Assembly (NCBI GenBank): GCA_024704765.1 | Contig: JAKMXF010000210.1 | Coordinates: 656,121 to 720,120 of the forward strand | DNA from: Oopsacas minuta | Taxonomy: Eukaryota > Animalia > Porifera | Direction of reading: 5' to 3' | DNA length: 64,000 bases | Part shown: positions 25,301 to 35,446 of the stretch, one piece after another | Layout of the letters: each line of letters begins with the position of its first letter | Numbering within the stretch: the first letter of the stretch is position 1 | Translations under genes and position numbers: made by a program | Notes under the pieces: generated by a model | What the model saw: only the letters and a program-made list of their open reading frames with translations | Database searches by the model: none | Told to the model about the DNA's origin: nothing

Positions 25301-26166
25301 TCAATCGCGAGACAGCTCCCAAACTTGTGATTTATAACCAGCAGCAATTCAGTAGAGTATACCCCAAGGGCAGTCGTATAGATTCTTCCAACTACTTGCC
25401 TATTCCTCTATGGAATATGGGGTGTCAGATGGTAGCACTCAATTTTCAGACACCAGATAAAGCTATGCAAGTTAACGATGCTCGTTTTTTGGTTAACAAC
25501 AAACTGGGATTCGTGTTGAAGCCTGCCTTTATGCGAATGAAAGATACCAAGTACAATCCACTAGATCCCAAGACTGTACCCACTCCCCCCACACGTATAA
25601 CCATCCGTGTATTGGGTGGGAGACATCTGTTCCGAATAGGCAGAGGGTTCCCTTCCTGTCGTGTTACTGTTGAAATTGTAGGAGCAGACTATGACAATCA
25701 GTATTATATGACATCTAATATATCTGATAACTGTCTGAACCCTGTCTGGGAGTACAAGAGCTTTGAGTTCTCTGTAAAGAACCCTGAGTGTGCTTTCCTA
25801 AGATTCGTAGTACATGATATAGACATGTTCGGAGATCCTAACCAGATAGGTCAAGCTACCTATCCATTGACTGCTATACGTCCCGGGTTTCGATCGGTAC
25901 AGTTAAAAACCCCATTCTCTGAAGAGTTAGAACTCTCTTCTCTTCTTGTATATGTCATCTTAGAGAACGGCGAGAAGTCGCAGAGTGACAGTACGGAAAT
26001 CAAGTCCCGCATCGACAAGCTCAAGGACGAGTTACGAGGTCTCTACTCGTCGGGAGACCTGCGCTCTGATCTAATTGAGTCCAAGAGACGGGAGCTACAG
26101 GCTGCTCAGAACCAGATGGACCGAGTCAGTCAGGAAATGAATAGAATAAATACTTTACGCAAGTAG
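22399..26166 (+). CDS. PLCG: Phosphoinositide phospholipase C-gamma, single 3768-nt exon
   Basis: X-box catalytic YWINSSHNTYLTGNQ..CRCIELDLWDG. Tandem SH2 domains (FLVRPNDKYEGYVSISF and WFHAGMKRWEAEKML..GAFLVRPSGEQSTYTITF). An SH3 domain (YRSIHAFTAQNKDELSFPAGVEITNV). Y-box SRVYPKGSRIDSSNY..WNMGCQMVALNFQT, followed by a C2 domain. Confidence 0.9.
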   Translation: MTDVIFQEMQATFIKIPLTARPPTRKKFIRCSKDTLEILVKPSKGGKAEDIIDIRTIHEVRKGNDILREERIVDASVTDAKMCFTIVYGSEFRLKFGVFICSNWNIREFWSEGLLTHMQTIAKLDTNSHTRIWLMKEFNELDRNQTSTIGTNDLKKTFFNRIQLKIPREKQHKLIADLDTKNVGYVYFPQFRQFYHKKLVFNEDMMKLLSHCMSFQLKNSWYISSQELCAFLQSEQFVHHIPITTLLAEKMIRPYLLSEKPLSTPNFPIDEFFDYLFSRGNSLFDDEYTSRLLAADPNYMDYSMSEYWINSSHNTYLTGNQYASESTVEAYIRVMRSGCRCIELDLWDGGPDDLPWITHGHTRCTKIKFRDIVIAIREHAFATSDYPMILSLEEHCSIPIQKNTAYEFKKILGDLLLTEPVKGATCLPSPNQLKRKVILKHKKLPEGSDETVVLTDTGEAQVTKQQDISNSQKNGFLYLKDPGANVWTRRYFVLTDKILSYCIEEDDQEQDTENVRDHIYMETVPSHLKHINHVWYHVVDRDGAVDKLKEFEGGNGSFLVRPNDKYEGYVSISFKHEREVYHSLVKRIPSPDGLYNYQLVHPMTFDDIPSLVDYYKCHPLRASTFEQILTTPCPCPSLSNTNHEAQPWFHAGMKRWEAEKMLTSVRLEGAFLVRPSGEQSTYTITFRTENEIKHCRVEFNKDSGLYTIGTAQFESLSELVVYYKSHPLYRKMKLKHAINESMLKNIGVDAEASAEAEYISVNPVTYRSIHAFTAQNKDELSFPAGVEITNVIEHQHTKGWFQGDFGGKVNLWFPENHVKRFDATTPLTPMDPPKPELDNQEETIRIENLEVTRVSPHLAGREWVLRLVQDVPVEYKTLKPESSNALFVGCENEEDFKSWESKLNEVKKELTRSQSLDARLQKRTSIAREMSDLIIYCRSVPFRVESIGNGKFSEMSSFPETKAFHHALNRETAPKLVIYNQQQFSRVYPKGSRIDSSNYLPIPLWNMGCQMVALNFQTPDKAMQVNDARFLVNNKLGFVLKPAFMRMKDTKYNPLDPKTVPTPPTRITIRVLGGRHLFRIGRGFPSCRVTVEIVGADYDNQYYMTSNISDNCLNPVWEYKSFEFSVKNPECAFLRFVVHDIDMFGDPNQIGQATYPLTAIRPGFRSVQLKTPFSEELELSSLLVYVILENGEKSQSDSTEIKSRIDKLKDELRGLYSSGDLRSDLIESKRRELQAAQNQMDRVSQEMNRINTLRK

Positions 26167-26419
26167 AGATTTGTAAGTTTGTAAATTTTGTTGCTGCTTT
26201 TATTGTATGTAAATATTGATTGGATTCTTATTTTATTAGTGTATAATAAGGTGTTGATACAAGAAAGTGATTTAAATGTCTTTCTTACGTAGTTAGTGTT
26301 CTTATGATCTCGCAATCTTATGACAAACCCATCACATGATTCACGTCAATTCCTATTTGGATATAAATACTGTCGCATTCTGATTAGTTAATTTGAATCT
26401 ACTTGATTATATAATTGTG

Positions 26420-28663
26420 ATGTATAAAACTACTCAAACACAGTCTGAGACTAATGCTAAGTTGGAAGTGATGATAGATCTGGAGAGTTTGGTTAGGCCA
26501 GTAGGTTCAGAGCCCCAGAAAGGATTCTCTGTAGCAGAGTATGAAATAGCTCCTCATAAGATGATAGCTGACCTGGTAACACTGATTTACCAGAGAGAAG
26601 GTCTCGGCATTCAAACCCCTCTATGTCAGCAACAAACACACAATTCGAAGACCAAGAGGAGGCCTTCTCTAGTCATGGCTAACTCTGTTAAAGAGTATGG
26701 AATATTTGAAGTATTCCGAGGTAAGTGGCAATCTAACGGGACTGAAATCAGAGAGCTGCTAGCAGGAGACAACAATCCACTCATCGTGTTTGGACGGAAA
26801 CTACGCATAACTAGTGTAAGATATCTAGACAGCAGTATGAAGACTCTACTGATTGATCATAGTAGCTCTGTAAGGGGAGTGGTTAGGGACATCTGCTCTA
26901 TTGTTGGTATGGAGAATCCTGAAGAGGTAGGATTGATAGTGGCAGCAGACTACTCTACAACATCAGGACATCATCCAGCTATAATTCCTCAAATAGAATC
27001 TGATACTTCTAAGAAAGGCACTTTCACAAACCTGTCAGCTGCTAAGAAGCTAGCTTCTGTGACAAATGCTAGCCTTAGTCCTGCTCAGAAGAGACGGTAC
27101 ATCAGTAAAACTATTGGTAAGGCAGCAGCTGACTCTAGACGTGCTAAGAGGAAGGAAGGTCGTAAGAAGAAGAAACAAATTAGCAAGAAGAGACAGCTCA
27201 GGTTGGATACTCCATGGTTAGACCTGAATCTCAGTCTTCCAGAGCAGGACGTGTTGGAGAATGATCAGCTGATCCTAATGCATCGCTATTTCTACAACAT
27301 GCAGCTGGAGAGCGGGTCTAAGCGAGCAGAACTTCTCTTCTCACAATGCAAGGCTAAGTTCCTAGCCGGAGAGTTGTTCTGCTCTCAGGAAGATTGTCAT
27401 AGATTCGCAGCTCTCCTCTGTCAGATATCTTTTGGAGACCACCATCAGGATTCTCATACGGAGAGTTGGCTTATTAGTGTAAAGAAGTCTGTTCTCCCTC
27501 CCAAATTCAAAGCTAAGACTCTTTGTAAATCAATCCTCCTTCTCTACCAAGCTCTGAGAGGAATAGCGTTTGAGCAATGTCAGCTGATTATGCTCAAGCT
27601 CTGGAGCTCTATGCCTCTATTTGGATATGAATTCTTCTCTGGAACTAATTTGGATAGCAAGAAGAAATGTTTGCTCGGTGTATCCAAACAATTCGTCTTA
27701 TACTCAGAGCAAGGAGAGACTTCTTTCTCCAGAACTCTACGCCTAGACTCTCTCACTTCTTGGGACTTTGAGAAGACTTCGGACTCTCTATCCTTGGTAT
27801 TTCCTTCAGAATGCTTTAATATTTATCTACCAGATTACTCCGGGATAGTAGCAGATACTATCTGTTCCCATCTAGAACATATTCGATCTTGTGAAGACGA
27901 ATTATTTCTGAGATCAGAGTTCATACTTCCTTCTGACTTATGTAACACATACAGGTCAATTGCTAGTGTGTTTGGCATTAAGTCTCTAGGTACAGGACTA
28001 CCTCGTACAATCTCTTACCAGAGTTTATACGATGGGAACAATCCCCTATTCACCCCTGAAGAGATTGAGAGCGTTCAGGTTACAGCTTGGGAGAACCCAG
28101 CATTCCATGACATGGACCAGTTGTTAGAAGAGAGATTCAATTTCCTGGATGATATACACTCAATTATTTCAGAAGAGAATCTCTCCCAAATTGTTCCTCC
28201 TAGCTTTGCTAACTCTCCTAATCAGTCACCTGTACAGGACCCTAAATATATGGATGATTTTCAGGTCAACATACCAGATTTGAATCCAAGACCTAGTTCA
28301 TATCCTGCTCAGACAGACAGCGACCCGGTCACTCCGGTGGGTACTCCTCCCTATCTGGACTCTCCCACCACTACTCGGACTCCTACAAGCAATCTCGTCA
28401 CTGCATTCGAGAAGAAGGGTAACTGGAAAAAGCCCGTTAGCAAGAAGCTCCCTGATAGAAAGACTAATGCTAACACCAGCCAGAAAATAATGAGTTTTGA
28501 GAACCCTCCCAAATGGACAGGTGAGCCCAAGAACATCGCTCCCATTCCGAGGCACGCTAGCACTGGTGTTATTATTAACGCTTTTGAAACTCTGCATAAG
28601 AATCAGGCTGCTCAAATCGCGAAATTTCTCGAAATAAGAGAAGACATTTCTGAGCTCGTTTAG
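26420..28663 (+). CDS. FERM-like domain protein (kindlin/talin-like head with a basic loop insert), identity uncertain
   Basis: Ubiquitin-like N-terminus, a Lys/Arg-rich insert (RRAKRKEGRKKKKQISKKRQ), and an F2-like helix block KRAELLFSQCKAKFLAGELFCSQEDCHRFAALLCQISFGDH. The first ATG is at MYKTT; the track start is TTG. Confidence 0.4.
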   Translation: MYKTTQTQSETNAKLEVMIDLESLVRPVGSEPQKGFSVAEYEIAPHKMIADLVTLIYQREGLGIQTPLCQQQTHNSKTKRRPSLVMANSVKEYGIFEVFRGKWQSNGTEIRELLAGDNNPLIVFGRKLRITSVRYLDSSMKTLLIDHSSSVRGVVRDICSIVGMENPEEVGLIVAADYSTTSGHHPAIIPQIESDTSKKGTFTNLSAAKKLASVTNASLSPAQKRRYISKTIGKAAADSRRAKRKEGRKKKKQISKKRQLRLDTPWLDLNLSLPEQDVLENDQLILMHRYFYNMQLESGSKRAELLFSQCKAKFLAGELFCSQEDCHRFAALLCQISFGDHHQDSHTESWLISVKKSVLPPKFKAKTLCKSILLLYQALRGIAFEQCQLIMLKLWSSMPLFGYEFFSGTNLDSKKKCLLGVSKQFVLYSEQGETSFSRTLRLDSLTSWDFEKTSDSLSLVFPSECFNIYLPDYSGIVADTICSHLEHIRSCEDELFLRSEFILPSDLCNTYRSIASVFGIKSLGTGLPRTISYQSLYDGNNPLFTPEEIESVQVTAWENPAFHDMDQLLEERFNFLDDIHSIISEENLSQIVPPSFANSPNQSPVQDPKYMDDFQVNIPDLNPRPSSYPAQTDSDPVTPVGTPPYLDSPTTTRTPTSNLVTAFEKKGNWKKPVSKKLPDRKTNANTSQKIMSFENPPKWTGEPKNIAPIPRHASTGVIINAFETLHKNQAAQIAKFLEIREDISELV

Positions 28664-28822
28664 GTTTACTGACTTTATTTTATCTTTTCTACACTGTTTG
28701 AAGATTAATTTTATGATTCTTTTATTTGTGTTGAGTTATCTCTACAGTTATATATATTCTATTACTGTCGTAGGTGCATTATTATCCATGGTACTCTAAC
28801 ACAATGTAGATTTAAGTTTGTC

Positions 28823-29620
28823 ATGGCCTCTGAGCTTACTAACAGATTTGAGTTGTTAGAGTCTGGACAAGGAGATTTCCCAGACAAAGAATTTGATGAA
28901 GTAGCATCCGAACTGATAACTTCTGTAGATTATGAAGGCTATGAGTTTATTACCAATTATGAGATAGATAATATCCGTTGTACCATGCACAGGAAGTACC
29001 GAGAGGACTCGGGTCTCTATCAGTACAAACTATGGGGACACATGATGGACGTTAGTGTAGAGGCTTGTTCACATAGCTATGTAGACTTGGAATTCCGGTT
29101 AATCTAATATTATTTTATAATAGAGGCTGTATTATCACTACCTGTATCCATATGTAGGAATTATTGGGATGACTACTGTGTAGAAGCTGTTAGGAAAGAA
29201 GATCCAGACACAAAGAAAACTGCTTATTACTGGCAGCTGAACTATCCTTTCCCGCTATCCAATCGGGACTACTGTTTCGTTAGAGAGTCCAGGAAACTCT
29301 GCAAAGACGAGAGAACTATATACGTCACTCTTGCTAGGAGCGAACCGTTCCAAATATTTCCAGAAAGAAGCGGAGTTATTCGTGTTAAGGACTACTTCCA
29401 GAAAGCTGCAATGATGAGTGACGGGAAGATAGGCACCATAGCTTATATGACTTATTACGATAATCCTCAAGGTATGATACCTACATGGTTGATTAACTGG
29501 GCAGCCTCTATTGGTGGACCTCAGTACTTGAAAGTTATGCACAAATCCTGCAGTCAGTATTTTGAGTGGAGAGAAGCTGTTGACAAGAATAAGATGATAC
29601 AGACTGATAAGGAGATTTAG
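28823..29620 (+). CDS. START (StAR-related lipid transfer) domain protein, PCTP/STARD2-like, 2 exons (28823..about 29094, about 29152..29620)
   Basis: QYKLWGHMMDVSVEA..., then after a phase-consistent intron YYWQLNYPFPLSNRDYCFVRE..IYVTLARS..GTIAYMTYYDNPQGMIPTWLINWAA, which is typical START beta-grip. Confidence 0.65.
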
Positions 29621-29773
29621 GATATTCAGGTTTAGTTTGTAATTATATTTAGTAATAAAGTTACCACATATTTAATATATATTTATATATGAATAAATAC
29701 GTATATCTACTCGGTACAATTCCTAATAAGTTATTTGAGGTTATACACGAGGCCAGCACTAGTGTAGCTTATA

Positions 29774-31609
29774 ATGTGGATATTGATACACCAACAACCT
29801 CGCAGTAATTCTCATACTCAAAGCACTTCTAGAGATTTTAAGTCAGCTGTTTCTTACTGTTTGGTACCAGGTAGAGGCTACACTGTGGGTAGGATAGCTT
29901 GTGATCTTACTATACCCAATGAACAGTCTGTTAGCAAGAATCATGCCACAATAACAGTACATATTAAAGATGATACTGAGCAGAGAAATAAACTTTTCAT
30001 CAAGGATACATCAACTTTTGGTACTCACATTAACTCAAATAGGCTGCATAACTCAGAACGTGAGTTATTTGATGGTGATCAGATTGTGTTTAGTCAGAGG
30101 GTAGAGATTGGAGGTAGGTACTCTCTTAAATGGGAGTCTATAGTGTTGTGCTTCTCCAAATTCGAGAAATCTCTCTTCGCTATAAAAGCCAGGGTTATAA
30201 AGTACAGCATAACGGTACTAGACAGCTGGGATATCAGTGTAAGCCATCTCATAGTCGGGGAACTCAGAACCACCAGCAAGGTCCTGTGTGCTCTATCTAA
30301 AGGCGTGCCTATAGTGAGATTCAGCTGGGTAGACCAATTGATCCGCTCCATCGAAGACTTTACTCCTATTCCATCACCTTCAGAACATATGCCACACCTC
30401 TCTAATGTTTCTGAGATTAGTGATGTAAATCTGTTTGCTGTTAATTTGAAACGGCTTAAACTTTTTGAAGAGAAACGTTTCTATTTCTTGAATAGTAAAG
30501 AATTTGATCAATATAGCATACCAATCTCATACTGTAGTGGTATTAGCACTTTGATTGAAGTGTTGGATGTGACATATGCGACATATGACAGGTACTCAGC
30601 TGATGACTCTATTGTAGTGTCAGGTAATTATGACAGATTCTATTCAGTACCAGGAGGAGAGGAATTCATAGCAAAATTGGAATTAACTCTTGAGAATGTT
30701 TGTAAGAGTTTAATTCCAGATTCTAAGATTGTCCATGCTATTATGCAAGTTTCTACAGAGGGTCTCTTCCCTCAGACTCCTCAATCTCAGGCGTCAGAAC
30801 AGTACGTGACTCCCCCGGAGTACTATGTCCCTATCCATAGTCCTGTTCTATTTCAAAATAATGTATCTCAGTCAGAGTCTCTTACTAGTTCTCCTAAGAA
30901 GAAGAAAAAGAAAATTGATCAAACTGGAGTAAAGACTTGCTGTATGTTTTCCTTATTTGATGATGAATCTAAGGAGAATTCTGATGGTTCTTATCCTACA
31001 AAACCAAATAGTGAAAATACTGATCAACAGCTAACCTTTTTCAAGGATAGTCCCCCGAATCATGAATATAACTCCTTTCAAAATGAAGATATTCCAGCTC
31101 GAAAATACGACTTACTAACTATAACTGATGAACTGACCTCTTGTCCTGATACTCTGGAAACATGGATCCCTACTAATAACCCTCAACAGGGAGAATCTAG
31201 TCCTATTGAAACTAAGAAGAGTTACAGATTGGTAGGTAAATGCTTCGTTAAAGCTCATAAGATGAAAGAGCCTTCCTATTTACGTCCTCTAATCCCTATT
31301 AGAGCAGGCTCAGGGCTACTGAAGAAGGATCCTAAAGGCAACCCATTCTCCTCAGATGAAGAAGATCCTAGATTATCTGGATCATTTATCGAATCAAAAG
31401 ATTCCATCAAGAAATTTGCTAATACCTCTTCAAGTCCTCTGTTAATTAACAAGAATATAGCAAAACTTGAAATAAAAACTACTCCTAAAAGTAAGCGCAA
31501 GAGTTTAGAGAAATCTCAGATTACATCAAAGAAGAAATCTCTCTTAGTTGTTCTGGATGGTTCAGATTCTGATGACGATGAATACCTTAAGGTCACTCCT
31601 CTCAAATAG
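29774..31609 (+). CDS. NBN: Nibrin (NBS1) ortholog: FHA plus BRCT N-terminus, acidic C-terminal tail
   Basis: FHA: GYTVGRIACDLTIPNEQSVSKNHATITV..LFIKDTSTFGTHINSNRL..DGDQIVFS. BRCT: SHLIVGELRTTSKVLCALSKGVPIVRFSWV. C-terminus is a Lys-rich patch followed by DGSDSDDDEYLKV, resembling the Mre11/ATM-binding acidic tail. Confidence 0.6.
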   Translation: MWILIHQQPRSNSHTQSTSRDFKSAVSYCLVPGRGYTVGRIACDLTIPNEQSVSKNHATITVHIKDDTEQRNKLFIKDTSTFGTHINSNRLHNSERELFDGDQIVFSQRVEIGGRYSLKWESIVLCFSKFEKSLFAIKARVIKYSITVLDSWDISVSHLIVGELRTTSKVLCALSKGVPIVRFSWVDQLIRSIEDFTPIPSPSEHMPHLSNVSEISDVNLFAVNLKRLKLFEEKRFYFLNSKEFDQYSIPISYCSGISTLIEVLDVTYATYDRYSADDSIVVSGNYDRFYSVPGGEEFIAKLELTLENVCKSLIPDSKIVHAIMQVSTEGLFPQTPQSQASEQYVTPPEYYVPIHSPVLFQNNVSQSESLTSSPKKKKKKIDQTGVKTCCMFSLFDDESKENSDGSYPTKPNSENTDQQLTFFKDSPPNHEYNSFQNEDIPARKYDLLTITDELTSCPDTLETWIPTNNPQQGESSPIETKKSYRLVGKCFVKAHKMKEPSYLRPLIPIRAGSGLLKKDPKGNPFSSDEEDPRLSGSFIESKDSIKKFANTSSSPLLINKNIAKLEIKTTPKSKRKSLEKSQITSKKKSLLVVLDGSDSDDDEYLKVTPLK

Positions 31610-32016
31610 GATTTCAATAATCAGAGGAAATTCTCTTAACTCTATTTAAAATTAAATTACATATTTTGAATTCTGTAAGGAATTAGAGGATCCTGATAAT
31701 TAACTAAATCTTCTCGTGTTATCGCTTTGGGTCTTAGCTCTTAGGTGTAACTTGTAATGTTTAGTTTGGGAAGTTTAAACAATGAGTTTGAGGTTTAACA
31801 ATCTTAACTCATATAGCATATAGATATTTATTTCTGAACCTTGTGTAAAATTACTCTACAGTTTTGTGAACTTTTCAGTGAACTGCTTACCTAGCTTACA
31901 TTATTTATTTAAAAGAATGCTAGCGTTATCATTGATATGTTATCCCCACGAGTTATTACCCCAGAACTTTATCTGATATTGTTTAGAGGAATATATTGTA
32001 AGGTTATTTGATACAT

Positions 32017-33207
32017 ATGGCCTCTCAATATTCCCAAAACTTGTTTTGTGTGAGTAGCTGTAACACTCAAACTTGTAGAATTCTACTAACCAAACTTGAT
32101 ATCATTAATCCTTGCAGGAGAATAGTCAAATTCCCTGGAAAAGATATGAAAGGTATACCAATTAAACCTGACTCCCTAGCTACTATAAACGCACATCAGT
32201 TTGAGTTTGAGTTTGAACTGATAGATAGTGAATCTCCTCTCAAATCTAAATGCATCTCTCCATACAATAAATTGCTACAAAGTCTAACTGATTGCGTTAA
32301 CAAAGAGCATCTACCCTTGTCTATTCTACAAGAAGTTCCACATAAATGGGAGCGTTACGGTGACCTAGTTTTATTGCCTCACAACTCCTTTCTTTCCAGT
32401 GATTGGTGTAAATGTGTAGATTTATGGAAAGCAGTGAAAACAGCTCTACACTGCGATAGAATAGCTAAGAATTTTCCTATTAGTAACAACGAGTATAGAA
32501 AATCTCAAGCTGTTATGTTGCTAGGACAAACTGGCTTGGTGAGGCATTTAGAAAATGGCATTGTATACTGTTATGACGTCACCAAATGTATGTTCTCATC
32601 CGGTAATGTAACTGAGAAGCTGAGGTTATCCCACATAGATTGTTCTAACGAGGTAGTTGTTGATTTATTCGCTGGAATTGGTTATTTCACTTTAACTTAT
32701 TTAGTGTATTCTAAAGCTAAACTTGTACATGCTTGTGAATGGAATAGCGATGCAGTAAAATCACTGGAAATTAGTCTAATGGAGAATCGTGTAAGAGATA
32801 GGTGTGTTATCCATGCAGGTGATAATCGTATTGTAGCTCCTTCCGGTGTAGCAGATAGAGTTAATCTAGGTTTGATTCCCTCCAGTGAGTGTAGTTGGGA
32901 AACTGCTTGCAAGTGTTTAAAGCCTAAGGGCGGTACAATGGTTGTCCATGGAAATGTCAATAGCATACTTATAGAGCCAAGACTATTAAGCGTAGCTTCT
33001 TGCATTAAAGACAAATATTCAGTCAAAGATGTGTGGTGTATGTGGTCAGAAATGGTAAGGCATTCATTCCATGATATATTGAGTAGAATATATCCATTGA
33101 GTAGCTGGACAGTTGAGGCTAAACATTTGGAGAAAATAAAGTCTTATGCACCACACATAGATCATTTGGTTGTTGTGTTAGTTTGTAAACCAGTTGATTG
33201 TCACTAG
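32017..33207 (+). CDS. TRMT12: tRNA wybutosine-synthesizing protein 2 (TYW2/TRMT12), Trm5-family paralog
   Basis: VVDLFAGIGYFTLTYLV..LVHACEWNSDAVKSLEISLMENRVRDRCVIHAGDNR matches the TYW2 SAM-binding and acp-transferase core. The first ATG is at MASQYSQ. Confidence 0.75.
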   Translation: MASQYSQNLFCVSSCNTQTCRILLTKLDIINPCRRIVKFPGKDMKGIPIKPDSLATINAHQFEFEFELIDSESPLKSKCISPYNKLLQSLTDCVNKEHLPLSILQEVPHKWERYGDLVLLPHNSFLSSDWCKCVDLWKAVKTALHCDRIAKNFPISNNEYRKSQAVMLLGQTGLVRHLENGIVYCYDVTKCMFSSGNVTEKLRLSHIDCSNEVVVDLFAGIGYFTLTYLVYSKAKLVHACEWNSDAVKSLEISLMENRVRDRCVIHAGDNRIVAPSGVADRVNLGLIPSSECSWETACKCLKPKGGTMVVHGNVNSILIEPRLLSVASCIKDKYSVKDVWCMWSEMVRHSFHDILSRIYPLSSWTVEAKHLEKIKSYAPHIDHLVVVLVCKPVDCH

Positions 33208-33301
33208 ATTCTTATTAGATTATATTTGTATATTTACTAATAATAATATATTATTCAGTTATTGTCATATATATTGTATAATTAGCCCAAAATACTAAGT
33301 G

Positions 33302-35209
33302 ATGCAGTGTAGCAAGGTTTTTGGATATACTCTGTTCTCAGAATATTTGATCAACAATGCTCCTCCACCAATTTACAAGGATAATCGTCGTAGAGCTCGA
33401 GGAGTGTCAGACCTGGAATCTAGGCGGAATTACACCATCCTCACTTCTATACAAAGCCCCGAAGATCTGCAAATTGTATATTCTCATTCTCAGACTTGTT
33501 ATTTCAAACACTCATATTTATCTCTTCTAGCTAACAAGACAGGAGAATCCTACAAGAAATGCACACTACATCATATTGGGTGTAAATTAACTCGTTTCGA
33601 GCACTTCTTGCGAGATATCGAGCAATCTGTATTCAGACACGATTGTATTCCTCCAAAGGATTCATTCCCGAAGGAGTACGATTGGCTAACAGAACATTTA
33701 ATTCAACAATTCTATAATAATGCTCTTAACTTTAACGAGTTCCTCGGAGTTCTTCTAAAACTTACCAACTTCTCTAATGCGAATATTCTCACAGCTCAGG
33801 CGGTCTGCTGGGATGTATACTACAGAGAATATTATTCTGTGTTGCAGAAGCTGGCTTTAGTTAATGAGCATTCAGCTGGGTTTATAGAACAGCTGTTCGC
33901 TATTTTCACTCAATTAGATAGACATATTTCCTGCGAAATTTCTCCCTTCTTGATGAAGCAGTTTATCATTTGGTGGATTAAAGAATCAGATACGAATCCT
34001 GACAAACATTTCGAACTAATTGAACAGTGGTACAGATCTTCAGACGGGCAAGAATCCACTATTGACTTTATTGAGTTTCTGGATTTACTATATAAGTTAT
34101 TTTTCAAACATTTTCCTATTACTACTCGACACTTCTTGCTTAAAGATGCCTACCATAGTCTGGTGTGTAAAGTTCTTAAGAAGGGGTATCTAGCTAAATG
34201 TGGACCTAACAACAGTAAGTATCAAATTCGATGGATGATCTTATATCCAGATAAACTGGACTACTACAAGCGTAAATCTGAAGAAGAAATGAGTTTAAAG
34301 GGCACCATCCTTCTGGGTGAAAAAGCTGTCGTTAAAAATGTTTACGATGACGACAAGAAAGGCTATTACAGATTCACAGTATCATATACTAGCACTGCTA
34401 GACAGTTCTCTATCCGTGCTGATGATATTCGTATCAGAATGGCTTGGGTTACTGCTATTGATCAAGCTATCGATGTGCTTAAAGGGAATAAGGGGTTGCA
34501 CGTCTTTGAGAAACCTCTGGATCTAACACGTGCAGACAAGGACTTACTGGCTTCTACGATGCATCCTGGCGCTAAAATGCTCGACCTCACAGAATCAGAG
34601 TCCATACAAGAAATTGCTATATGTTCTGTACCTCTACCTGCCCCATATAACGGTCAGATAGATCCGTTACTACAACCTCTTTCCTCTTTCAGTGGAGATG
34701 ACAAATCTCTGCCTACGTCATTAGATCATAACAGAGATCATAGCAGAACTCTTCACATCAGACATATAGATAGAGAGTTTCCCATGGATGATTTCACGAA
34801 TTCTATATACGAGTCTAGCTCCCCGGGTGCCGTTAATTCGGACAAATGTACTGAATTTCGCTCCAAACGATTCCCCAGCATGTCTTCTAGTGAAGACGAA
34901 GGGACCTTGCCCCCTCTCCCAGGTAGGCAAATTCAACACACTCCACTTCTCCTAGAATGTATTAAGAATCCTATTCCAGTTCCTAGAGATTTGAACAAGA
35001 GAGCATCATTCGGAGATGTCCCGTCCTCAAACCGAGTTAGCATGACTACTCATTCTTCCTTTGGTACATTCAACCACTTCAGAGTGAGCTCAGAAGAAAT
35101 CCCTCCTCAGCTAGCTCCACGAGTCAAGAACGTGCTCCCCAAAGTTCCCCCCAGGACATTTCCTCAAGTTCCTGACAGGGTGGACTCTCTCAGGAAGTAT
35201 AGTAGCTAG
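33302..35209 (+). CDS. PH-domain protein with SWAP70/DEF6-like N-terminal helical/EF-like region and a Pro-rich SH3-binding C-terminus
   Basis: PH: KKGYLAKCGPNNSKYQIRWMILYPDKLDYYK..YYRFTVSYTSTARQFSIRADDIRIRMAWVTAIDQAI (signature W-helix). C-terminal PPLPGRQ and PKVPPRTFPQVP motifs. Confidence 0.55.
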   Translation: MQCSKVFGYTLFSEYLINNAPPPIYKDNRRRARGVSDLESRRNYTILTSIQSPEDLQIVYSHSQTCYFKHSYLSLLANKTGESYKKCTLHHIGCKLTRFEHFLRDIEQSVFRHDCIPPKDSFPKEYDWLTEHLIQQFYNNALNFNEFLGVLLKLTNFSNANILTAQAVCWDVYYREYYSVLQKLALVNEHSAGFIEQLFAIFTQLDRHISCEISPFLMKQFIIWWIKESDTNPDKHFELIEQWYRSSDGQESTIDFIEFLDLLYKLFFKHFPITTRHFLLKDAYHSLVCKVLKKGYLAKCGPNNSKYQIRWMILYPDKLDYYKRKSEEEMSLKGTILLGEKAVVKNVYDDDKKGYYRFTVSYTSTARQFSIRADDIRIRMAWVTAIDQAIDVLKGNKGLHVFEKPLDLTRADKDLLASTMHPGAKMLDLTESESIQEIAICSVPLPAPYNGQIDPLLQPLSSFSGDDKSLPTSLDHNRDHSRTLHIRHIDREFPMDDFTNSIYESSSPGAVNSDKCTEFRSKRFPSMSSSEDEGTLPPLPGRQIQHTPLLLECIKNPIPVPRDLNKRASFGDVPSSNRVSMTTHSSFGTFNHFRVSSEEIPPQLAPRVKNVLPKVPPRTFPQVPDRVDSLRKYSS

Positions 35210-35446
35210 TTTCAAACGATTTATAGCTGAGCTGTTTTTATGTAAATGTTGGAATGTTTTATTATTTTTAGACTGGAAATTTTGGTTTAATTTTTCAAAT
35301 ACATAAAATAGTACGTACGTATATCCATATTTGGATTTGAAAAATATATACGTAATTACGTATATAATAATAATTTCAAAGAAATACAAAAGTCTCAACG
35401 CATATAAGCTCATTTGTTGTAATCTAGATGGAGTCTTGAGATAAGT

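Noticed and set aside
28298-28615. Two overlapping minus-strand ORFs (105 and 70 aa) in the 3' part of the FERM-like gene
   Set aside because: They mirror the Pro/Ser/Thr-rich tail of the + strand protein. No independent evidence.
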